NCBI GenBank assembly: GCA_900320225.1
Contig: ONRL01000015.1
Location: 24,383 to 88,382, forward strand
Reading direction: 5' to 3'
Source: an uncultured Lentisphaerota bacterium
GTDB taxonomy: Bacteria; Verrucomicrobiota; Kiritimatiellia; RFP12; UBA1067
Length of the DNA: 64,000 bases
Shown here: one piece after another, positions 22,289-32,812 of the stretch
How the letters are laid out: each line of letters opens with the position of its first letter
How positions within the stretch are numbered: position 1 is the first letter of the stretch
Position numbers and translations under genes: made by a program
Notes under the pieces: model-generated
Databases searched by the model: none
Told to the model about the DNA's origin: nothing
The model's input: only the letters and a program-made list of their open reading frames with translations

Positions 22289-24070
22289 ATGATCAAGAAA
22301 ATCGTGAGCGTTAGCGTGGGCGCGGCCGTCTGGGCGGTCTTCGCCGCCGAGGGAGTCCGACCCCAGCCCGAACTCATTGGGACGGTCGAGATAGCCGCTT
22401 TCTCGGATTTCCAGAAGAAGGTCGTAGACCTTGGAACGACCATCAACAATCCCGCCGCGCCGATGCTGGCCGTTCCGGCGGTGCAGAGCATGCTGACGGA
22501 ACAGTTCGGGAAGTTCCGGCAGGATGCGGCGATGAAACTTCTGTGCTATGCGAACGTGGCGGCTCTCCGCAAGGCGATCGTAGAGGACGGGGACGACGAT
22601 ATCGATGACGCCTTCGAGGCCGCGTTCCTCTATCCCTGCGCCGAGGGGGCGGATGCATTCCTCGTCAACCACCCCGAAGCGAAGAAGTCCGCGGACGGCG
22701 TGATCGAACTGGAGGACGGCAACGTGGCCCTGTTCGCGCCAGACGGCCGTACATGCGCATTCGCCTCGAACGCCGGCGCCGCGAAGCGGGCGCTGGCCGC
22801 CGCCCCCGCGCCGACGGCGTGTCCGCTGATCCGCATGAATGTCACGGAAGTCGGTCTCGGGCTTCTGGCCGACCTCCACCAGAAACTGGCCGCCAGCCAG
22901 GAGAGCCTGGCTCAGGTTGCGGGAGGCACGAACGAGACCGATCGCCTCGTCTCGTCGTGTCTGAAGTTCCAGCAGGCGCAGATGAAGCGGCAGAACGCGG
23001 TCCTCCGCATGTTCGCGCAGGCAACGATGAGCATGGATCTGGACGAGACGGGGTTTGTTGTCAAGGGCTCGGTGACGGCGAAGCCGGGCGTGGCCGTCTC
23101 GCCCGCCGCCGGGTTCAAGTTGCCCGCAGGCGTGCTGGACGCCGTTCCCGCGAAGGCGCCGTTGTTCGGCGCGGCGAACCCCTTCCTCTACGCGAACATC
23201 CACAGCGAACAGGAGTACCGCGCCTTGCTCGGCGAGGTACGCGATCTCGTCGATTACCTGTTTGCCTGCTTGCGGCAGAAGACCCCCGATTACGTGCAGG
23301 TGGTGGATGGCCTTCGCGCGGCGATTGCCGACCTGCTGACGACGGCTCCGTGTCCCGGCCCGGCCGACTGGGCCGTGGGCGCGCTTGCCTTCGGACCGCG
23401 GCAGGAACCGTATCTGCTCCAATTCGGTGAGAGCGCGACGGCGACCCAGGGCCGTGAAGTGGCCGTCCGTTTCTACGCGGCCCTGGCGGATGCCATCGGG
23501 AAGAAGTGGCCGGGCATCCTCCTCGCGAACGACGCGACGCTGTCCCTGGACTGGGCTCGTTTGATTGACGTCGTCGCCGCCGCATCTGGCGCGACGCAGG
23601 AGGAGCAGGCTCAGGTGGTTGCCGCGAAGGAGAACGTGGCTGCGATTCTGGGCGGGACGGTGAGCGAAGCCTCCACCGTGATGCCGACTCCGACGACCTA
23701 TCGCACGTTTGTCGGCACAAAGGGCTTCACGCCCCCCGCGGCGGCGCCGGCGGGCGAGCGGCGCTTCGCGGCCGCGGTGCCAGAAGCCGCCGCCAACCGT
23801 CCGGGCGGCGTGTTCTACCTGTCGCTGTACGCGCTCGTGCGCGACAACGTCCTGCCGCTTGTCGTCAAGGTCCTGCCCAAGCAGAAGACGGCGCAGTTCC
23901 AGGCAATCGTGTCCGCGTTGCCGCCCGCCGGCGCGAACGGCGCGATCGCGGGGGCGACCTGGTATGAGAAGAACGGTTCGTGCAGCTTCCTGCTGCGTGT
24001 CACGAAGGACGAAATCCGGAACTACGGCGCGGCAGCCAACGCGATCATGTCCGCGCAGATGGCGGAATAG
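22289..24070 (+). CDS. secreted hypothetical protein
   Basis: signal-peptide-like N-terminus (MIKKIVSVSVGAAVWAVFAAEG), Ala-rich, no recognisable motifs. Confidence 0.45.
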   Translation: MIKKIVSVSVGAAVWAVFAAEGVRPQPELIGTVEIAAFSDFQKKVVDLGTTINNPAAPMLAVPAVQSMLTEQFGKFRQDAAMKLLCYANVAALRKAIVEDGDDDIDDAFEAAFLYPCAEGADAFLVNHPEAKKSADGVIELEDGNVALFAPDGRTCAFASNAGAAKRALAAAPAPTACPLIRMNVTEVGLGLLADLHQKLAASQESLAQVAGGTNETDRLVSSCLKFQQAQMKRQNAVLRMFAQATMSMDLDETGFVVKGSVTAKPGVAVSPAAGFKLPAGVLDAVPAKAPLFGAANPFLYANIHSEQEYRALLGEVRDLVDYLFACLRQKTPDYVQVVDGLRAAIADLLTTAPCPGPADWAVGALAFGPRQEPYLLQFGESATATQGREVAVRFYAALADAIGKKWPGILLANDATLSLDWARLIDVVAAASGATQEEQAQVVAAKENVAAILGGTVSEASTVMPTPTTYRTFVGTKGFTPPAAAPAGERRFAAAVPEAAANRPGGVFYLSLYALVRDNVLPLVVKVLPKQKTAQFQAIVSALPPAGANGAIAGATWYEKNGSCSFLLRVTKDEIRNYGAAANAIMSAQMAE

Positions 24071-24088
24071 ACGGAAACAAAGAAGGAA

Positions 24089-26733
<2,645 letters not shown>

Positions 26734-26744
26734 GAGGTGGCATC

Positions 26745-27950
26745 ATGCAGACCGTCACAAACCAGATCAAGCAGTCAATGGCGGGATCCAGCTGGATCCG
26801 CAAGATGTTCGAGAAGGGCCTTGAACTGAAGAAACGCTACGGCGCGGACGCCGTGTGCGACTTCTCGCTCGGCAACCCCGACGTGCCGCCGCCCGCGAAG
26901 ACGAAGGAAGTCCTGGAGGGCCTCGCCGCGAAGGCGATCGAGCCGCTCGGCCTCGGCTACTGTCCCAACGCCGGCATCCCCGCCGTGCGCGAGGCGATCG
27001 CCGCCTATCTCTCGAACCAGCAGCAAACCGACGTGAAGCCCGGCAACGTGGTGATGACCGTCGGCGCCGCCGGCGCGCTCGTGGCGTTCTTCCGCGCCGT
27101 GATCGAGCCGGGCGACGAGGTGCTGTGCCCCGCGCCGTACTTCGTGGAGTACGGCAGCTACTGCGGACACTTCGGCGGCGTCCTGAAGGCGGTGGACTCG
27201 AAGCCCGACGAGGGCTTTCTGCCCGACTTCGACGCGATGGAGAAGGCCATCGGCCCGAAGACGCGCGCGATTCTCGTCAATTCCCCGAACAACCCGACGG
27301 GCTGCATCTACGCGGCCGAGGACATGGCGCGCCTCGCGGCGATCGTTGACCGCGTAAACGCGGCGCGCGAAGCGGAAGGGGGGCGTCCGCTCTTCCTCCT
27401 CAGCGACGAACCCTACCGCGCGTTCGCCTACGACGGCGCGACGGTGCCGGCCGTCCTGCCGCTCACGCCCTACGCCGTCGTGCTCGGCTCGTTCTCGAAG
27501 ACGCTCTCCCTCGCGGGCGAGCGCATCGGCTACCTGGCGATCGGGTCCGCGATGCCGGACGGCGACACGCTCATCAACGCCGTCACGCTCACGAACCGCA
27601 CGCTCGGGTTCGTGAACGCGCCGGTGCTCGGTCAGCGTCTTGCGGCCGCGCTCCTTGACCAGACCGTCGACCTCGAGATCTACGACCGCCGCCGCAAGTT
27701 GATGGCGAAGGTGCTGTCCGACGCGGGCGTCGACTTCGTGATGCCGAAGGGCGCGTTCTACTTCTTCCCGAAGGCGCCGGGCGGCGACGACCTCGCGTTC
27801 GTGGACGCCTTGCAAGACGAGCGTATCCTCGTGGTGCCCGGACGCGGCTTCGGCATGGCCGGCCACGTGCGCCTTTCGTGCAGCGTGGACGAGGCGATCA
27901 TCGCGCGCAGCGCGGAGGGTTTCAAGCGCGCCGTCGCGAGGTGCCGATGA
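26745..27950 (+). CDS. PLP-dependent aminotransferase, class I/II (AspC/AlaT-like)
   Basis: ~400 aa, NPDVPPP...SPNNPTGCIY...SFSKTLSLAGERIGY (Lys in SFSK as PLP site). Confidence 0.8.
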   Translation: MQTVTNQIKQSMAGSSWIRKMFEKGLELKKRYGADAVCDFSLGNPDVPPPAKTKEVLEGLAAKAIEPLGLGYCPNAGIPAVREAIAAYLSNQQQTDVKPGNVVMTVGAAGALVAFFRAVIEPGDEVLCPAPYFVEYGSYCGHFGGVLKAVDSKPDEGFLPDFDAMEKAIGPKTRAILVNSPNNPTGCIYAAEDMARLAAIVDRVNAAREAEGGRPLFLLSDEPYRAFAYDGATVPAVLPLTPYAVVLGSFSKTLSLAGERIGYLAIGSAMPDGDTLINAVTLTNRTLGFVNAPVLGQRLAAALLDQTVDLEIYDRRRKLMAKVLSDAGVDFVMPKGAFYFFPKAPGGDDLAFVDALQDERILVVPGRGFGMAGHVRLSCSVDEAIIARSAEGFKRAVARCR

Positions 27951-29221
27951 AACGCGCGTTGGGAAGGGTTGCGCTTGTCGCGGCCTTGGCATGCGCCGCA
28001 GAGCCGTCGCGCGCTCCGATGGAATGGGCGAGCGTGCATCCGGAAGCCATTGCCGCGTGGAAGGCCGCAAACCACGCGCCGGACGGCGTGGCCGTGGACG
28101 TCGCAGCCCGCACCGTGCGGATTCTGGTGGAGGCGACGGGCCTTGGGCCGGCGGATACGGCGGAGTTCTTCGCCATCGGTCCGCTCTCCGACCGCGCCTA
28201 TGAATCGTTTTTCGTGACGGTTGCCTCCCCGGCGGCGATTGCCGACGCAATTGAGCGCGCGGGCGTGCCGCGCGGCGTACCGCCGGACATCGCGGGCGCG
28301 CGGCTGTGGCCGTGCGGCGAGAAGCTCACGCTCTCCGCCACGCCGGTCTCCACGAACACGCCGGGAGGGTCGCGCTCCTGCGCGACCGCCCTTTCCTTCC
28401 CCGACCTGCTCGTCGACACGGCGGAGAAGGAGGAAGGTGCGATTCTGTCCGCGCCGGTCGTCTACACGGGCGGCGCGCGCGACGCGTCGGGCGCCGTCGT
28501 GGCCGCCACGAACATCCCGTGCGCCGTATTTGCGCTCTACAGCCACACGCCGTCGCTTCTGCAGCTGAACGGACGGTTCGACCAGTCGACGGTGTACGGG
28601 CGCTTCCGCGCGAAGAAGGTGTGGCCGGCGGGTTCGCTGTTTGAGCTGGCGCTGAGGTGGGACGGCCGCACGACCGTGCTGCGCCGGGACGTGGAGCTAA
28701 CCGTTCCCGCGCTGAAGGAGAAGTTGACGGCGCTCCGCGCGGACGCCGCCGCGCACGACCTGTTCGTGCGGATGTCGTTTGGCGAGGGGGTGACCGTGGG
28801 CGAGGCGGCGGAGATCGCACAGGCGCTATCGCTCGTGGACGGCAAGGGCCTGAAGATGGACGGTCCGATGCCGGGGCAGTTCTTCTTCCGTGCCTTCCTG
28901 CCGGATTCCGCATGGCGCGCGCGCCCGGGCCGTCTCTTCCAGCCGTTCGAGGTGCATGTGGCGGCCGACGGCGCGAAGAAGTTCGTGTTCGTGGAGGAGG
29001 ACTGGTCGGGCGAGGGCCTGGATCCCGTGCTCAAGCCGAAGGAGACGCCGTTCGCGGAGTGGGCGGAACTGCCCAAGCTGATCGCGCAGACGGGCGAAAA
29101 AGGGGCGAAGATCAACGTGCTCTTCCTCTTCGCGCCGAAGGCGACGCCCGTCTCCGCGCTCACGCCCGCCGTCTCCGTCCTGGGCGATCGCATCGGCACG
29201 TTCTACGTCTTCGGCGAATAG
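27947..29221 (+). CDS. secreted hypothetical protein carrying an in-frame REP-A element
   Basis: ATGA overlap with aminotransferase stop; signal peptide MKRALGRVALVAALACAAEP. REP-A copy at 28360-28390 translates as NTPGGSRSCATALSF. Confidence 0.5.
   Translation: MKRALGRVALVAALACAAEPSRAPMEWASVHPEAIAAWKAANHAPDGVAVDVAARTVRILVEATGLGPADTAEFFAIGPLSDRAYESFFVTVASPAAIADAIERAGVPRGVPPDIAGARLWPCGEKLTLSATPVSTNTPGGSRSCATALSFPDLLVDTAEKEEGAILSAPVVYTGGARDASGAVVAATNIPCAVFALYSHTPSLLQLNGRFDQSTVYGRFRAKKVWPAGSLFELALRWDGRTTVLRRDVELTVPALKEKLTALRADAAAHDLFVRMSFGEGVTVGEAAEIAQALSLVDGKGLKMDGPMPGQFFFRAFLPDSAWRARPGRLFQPFEVHVAADGAKKFVFVEEDWSGEGLDPVLKPKETPFAEWAELPKLIAQTGEKGAKINVLFLFAPKATPVSALTPAVSVLGDRIGTFYVFGE
28360..28390 (+). 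repeat. REP-A palindromic element (CCGGGAGGGTCGCGCtcctGCGCGACCGCC) inside a coding sequence
   Basis: identical to intergenic copies at 42878, 42961 and near-identical at 42832, 44663, 46960. Confidence 0.8.
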
Positions 29222-29239
29222 CGGGGGGCGCGCTTGTCG

Positions 29240-29365
29240 CGACCGCCCTATCGGTCCAAAGTCCTCCCTCCTTTGTCCTCTGTCGTCTGCCCTTTGTCCT
29301 TCCCCCTTTTGAGGACAGAAGACAAAGGACGAAAGAGAAAGGCGTTAGGACTTAGGACTTTGGAC
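29240..29365. repeat. ~110-bp imperfect palindrome (hairpin arms of ~50 nt) downstream of the secreted protein gene; terminator or MITE-like element
   Basis: ggtccaaagtcctccctcctttgtcctctgtcgtctgccctttgtcc ... ggacagaagacaaaggacgaaagagaaaggcgttaggacttaggactttggacc. Confidence 0.6.
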
Positions 29366-29415
29366 CTTGGACGAACTGCTTGCGCACCCGGCGGGGAATG
29401 TGGTAAACTACGGGC

Positions 29416-29850
29416 ATGATTCAACCGACCATCAACAACGCGGTGACGATCGCGGGCGGCAGCACGGGTACGATGCTGGCGAACCGCTATCGCGTGGTGC
29501 GGCAGCTGGGCAGCGGCGGCATGGGCAGCGTGTGGCTCGTCGAGGACGTGAAGCCCGGCAACGTAATGATCGCGAAGGATGGCACGCCCTACATCCTTGA
29601 CTTCGGCATCGCGCGCGAGATCCAGGAGACGATGACGCGAGTCACCGGCAAGCTCTCCAGCGGCACGCTGATGTACATGTCGCCCGAGCAACACAACGGC
29701 GCCCGCGCCGCTTCCGCCGGGAGGACCGCGTTCCGGCGCGGCCGCGATCATGGCGGGCCTTGCGAAGAATCTGGAGGACCGACCGCCAACATGTACGGCC
29801 GTGCTGGGCGACGAGCATCATCCGCAAAGAGAGACGGCAATGCAGATTGA
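29416..29850 (+). pseudogene. Ser/Thr protein kinase remnant (internal deletion of subdomains II-VIa, degenerate C-terminus)
   Basis: Gly-rich loop LGSGGMGSVWLVED is directly followed by VKPGNVMIAKDGTPYILDFGIAREI...GTLMYMSPEQ (catalytic loop to APE), with no VAIK/Glu/HRD segments. The tail is GC-frame junk. Confidence 0.55.
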
Positions 29851-30580
29851 AACTACGACAGGGCGCGTTGCCGCCAGTGCCGGAACTGTAAATAGGTCCG
29901 TTCACAACAAAGTCCAACTCTGGGAGGACGGCCCTTACTGGGCCGACACAAACATCGGCGCGGAGAAACCTGAAGATTACGGTTTCTACTTCTGGTGGGG
30001 TGACACGGTCGGTTACAAGCATGAGGGCGCTGCCTGGGTGGCGAGTGACGGTTCCTCTTTGGACTTTGAGTTCGGTGAGGGGCATACGCCAACTTGCGGC
30101 AAAAGCCTGCACACCTTGAAGAGTGAGGGGAGGGTTGTTGGAGGTGAAGAAAGAAAATCTTTGCTTGGAAAGTTATTTGGGGTTAAAGGTAGAGAAGACA
30201 GTGTATTGACCACGAAGCATGACGCGGCGCAGGTACATTGGGGCGGGGAATGGCGCATGCCGACGAATCAGGAACTGAAAGACCTCTGCAACAAGTGCGA
30301 CTGGACCTGGACGACAATGAACGGCGTGAATGGGTATGTTGTCCGCGGTAGAGGCAATTATGCTTCCGTCAGCATCTTCCTTCCCTGTGCCGGTTTCGGC
30401 CACGGGGCGTCGCTCGGCCATGCCGGTTCGACTGGCGCCTACTGGGCGTCCGTTCCGCACTCGGACTACAACGACTTCGAGGCGTGGGATCTCGGCTTCA
30501 ATTCGGGCAGACACGCCGTGAGCTACTACTACCGTTACTTCGGGCAGTCTGTTCGCCCCGTCCAAGGGTTCGCCAAATAG
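29750..30580 (+). CDS. DUF1566 (Lcl C-terminal-like) domain protein; alternative start ATG 29840; possibly the detached C-terminal part of the former kinase gene
   Basis: GGEWRMPTNQELKDL and YWASVPHSD motifs typical of DUF1566; local GC clearly lower than surroundings. Confidence 0.5.
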   Translation: MAGLAKNLEDRPPTCTAVLGDEHHPQRETAMQIETTTGRVAASAGTVNRSVHNKVQLWEDGPYWADTNIGAEKPEDYGFYFWWGDTVGYKHEGAAWVASDGSSLDFEFGEGHTPTCGKSLHTLKSEGRVVGGEERKSLLGKLFGVKGREDSVLTTKHDAAQVHWGGEWRMPTNQELKDLCNKCDWTWTTMNGVNGYVVRGRGNYASVSIFLPCAGFGHGASLGHAGSTGAYWASVPHSDYNDFEAWDLGFNSGRHAVSYYYRYFGQSVRPVQGFAK

Positions 30581-30599
30581 CGAACGAAGTGAGCGCATC

Positions 30600-30800
30600 C
30601 AATTCTTCAATGCTTTAATTATTTCGTTCTGCACCGTGTCACTTGCGGAACTAAACGCAAGTCCCTCCCCGGGGAGGGAAGGAGGATTTCGCCGCCTTTC
30701 CTCGTCCCTCCCCTGTAACCAAAGGACCAAACGCAAGCCGTTTTTGCGTTTACTTCCGCAAACCGTAATCTCACCGGCGTTATTCGTTGGACTTCTCCGT
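30600..30800 (+). promoter_or_regulatory. structured 5' leader with mutually exclusive nested stems upstream of the purH-like gene (attenuator/riboswitch-like); class unassigned
   Basis: TTGCGGAActAAACGCAA ... CCCTCCCCGGGGAGGG ... AAACGCAAgccgtttTTGCGTTTacTTCCGCAA. Confidence 0.35.
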
Positions 30801-30853
30801 TGCGTGGAGGCGGGGATTTTGGTAAAATAGGCGGCAACAAGAAGGAGTCTGTT

Positions 30854-31534
30854 ATGGCGTTGAACATCGTGAAAGACATCGACGCGCGCGTTGCCGTGAA
30901 GCACGTGCTCATGAGCGTCTCGGACAAGACAGGACTGGAGACCTTCGTGCCCGCGCTCGTCAAGGCCTGCCCGGGAGTGAAGATCTACTCCACCGGCGGC
31001 ACCTACGTGAAGGTGAAGGAGATTCTCGGCGCCGACGCCGAGGGAACGCTCGTGGCGGTGAGCGACTACACGGGCCAGCCGGAGATGCAGGGCGGCCTCG
31101 TGAAGACGCTCGACTTCAAGATCTACCTCGGCCTCCTCTCGGAGACGTACAACGACGCGCACCAGGCGGACCTCAAGCGCCTCTCGGCGCAGCCGATCGA
31201 CATGGTGGTGGTGAACCTCTACCCGTTCCAGCAGACCGTCGCGAAGGAAGGCGTGACGCCGGAGATGGCGCGCACGAACATCGACATCGGCGGCCCCTGC
31301 ATGGTGCGCGCCTCGGCGAAGAACTACCTGCGCGTGGCGTCCGTCACCGACCCGCTTGACTACGCCAGCATCGCGAGCGAGCTTGCGGACCACGGCGGCA
31401 CGATTGGGTTCGACACGCGCTTCAAGCTGATGAAGAAGGCGTTCGCGCACACGGCGGCGTACGACACGGCGATTGCGGGCTTCTTCACGAAGACGCCCTG
31501 GGCGGAAGTGGACGGCACGTACACGCAGCACTGA
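30854..31534 (+). CDS. stand-alone IMP cyclohydrolase (MGS-like) domain protein, PurH N-terminal homolog lacking the AICAR formyltransferase domain
   Basis: VLMSVSDKTGL...STGGT...VVNLYPF...DIGGPCMVRASAKN motifs of the PurH IMPCH domain; only 226 aa; AAGGAG RBS. Confidence 0.6.
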   Translation: MALNIVKDIDARVAVKHVLMSVSDKTGLETFVPALVKACPGVKIYSTGGTYVKVKEILGADAEGTLVAVSDYTGQPEMQGGLVKTLDFKIYLGLLSETYNDAHQADLKRLSAQPIDMVVVNLYPFQQTVAKEGVTPEMARTNIDIGGPCMVRASAKNYLRVASVTDPLDYASIASELADHGGTIGFDTRFKLMKKAFAHTAAYDTAIAGFFTKTPWAEVDGTYTQH

Positions 31535-31543
31535 GGTTTCGCC

Positions 31544-32389
31544 ATGGAAAGCATGAAGCACCAGATCAACCTCCTCTGCCAGTTGCAGGAGTTGATCCTC
31601 ACGCGCGACGAGCACCACCACACCGGCGACGGGACGCATCTTGATTCGCTCAACGACTCAATCGACGCGCTTGTGGACAAGCTGGAGCCGCAGCCCAAGA
31701 CGTTCTACCAGCGCCTCTACAAGAAAGACCATCTCGTGATGTCGCCGATGGTGGACGGCTGCTGCGGCGTGTGCGGGATGCGCTTGCCCGTCTCGCAGGT
31801 GCAGCAGGTGCGCCTGGCGCGGACGGTGCAGATGTGCAGCTCGTGCGGGCGCATGCTTTACGACGAGGAGCAGGACGCTCCGCGCGTGATTGCGGAGAAG
31901 CCCGCGCGTGGCGAGCCGCGCAAGACGGGCGTGAGCCGGTTCAGCGCGGAGGAACTGATGGTGTGCGACCTCAAGGGCGACACCACGGAGAGCGTGATCC
32001 GCGAACTTGCGGAGGCGATGGCGGCGCATCGGTTCGTGTCGAACGCCGACGCGCTCGTGAAGGCGGCGATGGAGCGCGAGATCGTGCTCTCCACGGCGAT
32101 GGGCGACGGCCTCGCGTTCCCGCACGTGCGGGGCGTGGAGGGCGGCGGGCTCACGCTCGCGTTGGGCGTGTCGAAGAAGGGCTTCGTCTACGACGACGAC
32201 GGCACGCGCGTCCACTTCGTGTTCTTCAGCGCGATTCCCGTGGCGGTGAGCGCGTTCTACCTGCGCCTCATGAGCGGGCTCTCCGAGGCGTTCGCCAAGA
32301 AGGAGAACCGCGACCTCCTGTTGAAGGCGACGACGCCGGCCGAGCTCTGGAAGTCGTTCATGAAGGCCACGCGCTACACCATCCGCTGA
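31544..32389 (+). CDS. fusion protein: N-terminal coiled-coil + C4 zinc ribbon, C-terminal PTS EIIA type-2 (PtsN-like) domain
   Basis: CCGVCGMRLP...CSSCGRML zinc ribbon; C-terminal LSTAMGDGLAFPHVRG (EIIA-2 phosphorylatable His motif). Confidence 0.55.
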   Translation: MESMKHQINLLCQLQELILTRDEHHHTGDGTHLDSLNDSIDALVDKLEPQPKTFYQRLYKKDHLVMSPMVDGCCGVCGMRLPVSQVQQVRLARTVQMCSSCGRMLYDEEQDAPRVIAEKPARGEPRKTGVSRFSAEELMVCDLKGDTTESVIRELAEAMAAHRFVSNADALVKAAMEREIVLSTAMGDGLAFPHVRGVEGGGLTLALGVSKKGFVYDDDGTRVHFVFFSAIPVAVSAFYLRLMSGLSEAFAKKENRDLLLKATTPAELWKSFMKATRYTIR

Positions 32390-32555
32390 CCGGACGCCCG
32401 CCGTTTTGACGTTTTTCTGACAAGCCCTTGACGGGGGCGTGACACTTTCGCCGCTGGTGCCGTGGTATACTACGCGGCGTCAACCACCCCAAAGGAAAGG
32501 ACGGCGGACATGTTCTTCAAGCTTGAAAAGGAAAAACGGGCGCGGCGTGCCCGGC

Positions 32556-32641
32556 TGGTGCCGGAGGAGGGACTCGAACCCTCACGTACTTGCGTACGGC
32601 AGATTTTGAGTCTGCTGCGGCTGCCATTACGCCACTCCGGC
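32556..32641 (-). tRNA. tRNA-Leu (anticodon CAA), class II with long variable arm, CCA encoded
   Basis: reverse complement GCCGGAGTGGCGTAATGGCAGCCGCAGCAGACTCAAAATCTGCCGTACGCAAGTACGTGAGGGTTCGAGTCCCTCCTCCGGCACCA; 7-bp acceptor stem, anticodon loop CTCAAAA, T-loop GGTTCGAGTCC. Confidence 0.85.
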
Positions 32642-32653
32642 AAGACCTCTGCA

Positions 32654-32727
32654 TGGAGCGGGCGAAGGGAATCGAACCCTCGTGGCCAGCTTGGAAGGCT
32701 GGAACTCTGCCATTGAGTTACGCCCGC
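32654..32727 (-). tRNA. tRNA-Gly (anticodon UCC), CCA encoded
   Basis: reverse complement GCGGGCGTAACTCAATGGCAGAGTTCCAGCCTTCCAAGCTGGCCACGAGGGTTCGATTCCCTTCGCCCGCTCCA; anticodon loop CTTCCAA. Confidence 0.85.
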
Positions 32728-32790
32728 ACGGGGAAACGCGGCAAAGTATATCAGATGTGTTTTCATTAGTCAATCGCCCACGCGGGGCAA

Positions 32791-32804
32791 ATTTATGGTA
32801 TAAT
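32791..32804 (+). promoter_or_regulatory. extended -10 promoter element (TTTATGGTATAAT) immediately upstream of gspE start (possibly near-leaderless)
   Basis: same 13-nt motif as upstream of xseB; only 8 nt between -10 and the annotated ATG. Confidence 0.3.
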
Positions 32805-32812
32805 TTCCACCC

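Noticed and set aside
30600-30800. ZTP (pfl) riboswitch upstream of the purH-like gene
   Set aside because: The context fits, but I could not find the conserved ZTP elements (pseudoknot GGGUCG... / CCGCCUGGGC-like segments), so only a generic structured leader is reported.
32462-32766. ORFs 32462-32716 (+) and 32470-32766 (-)
   Set aside because: They overlap the two tRNA genes; the tRNA cloverleafs explain the sequence conservation.
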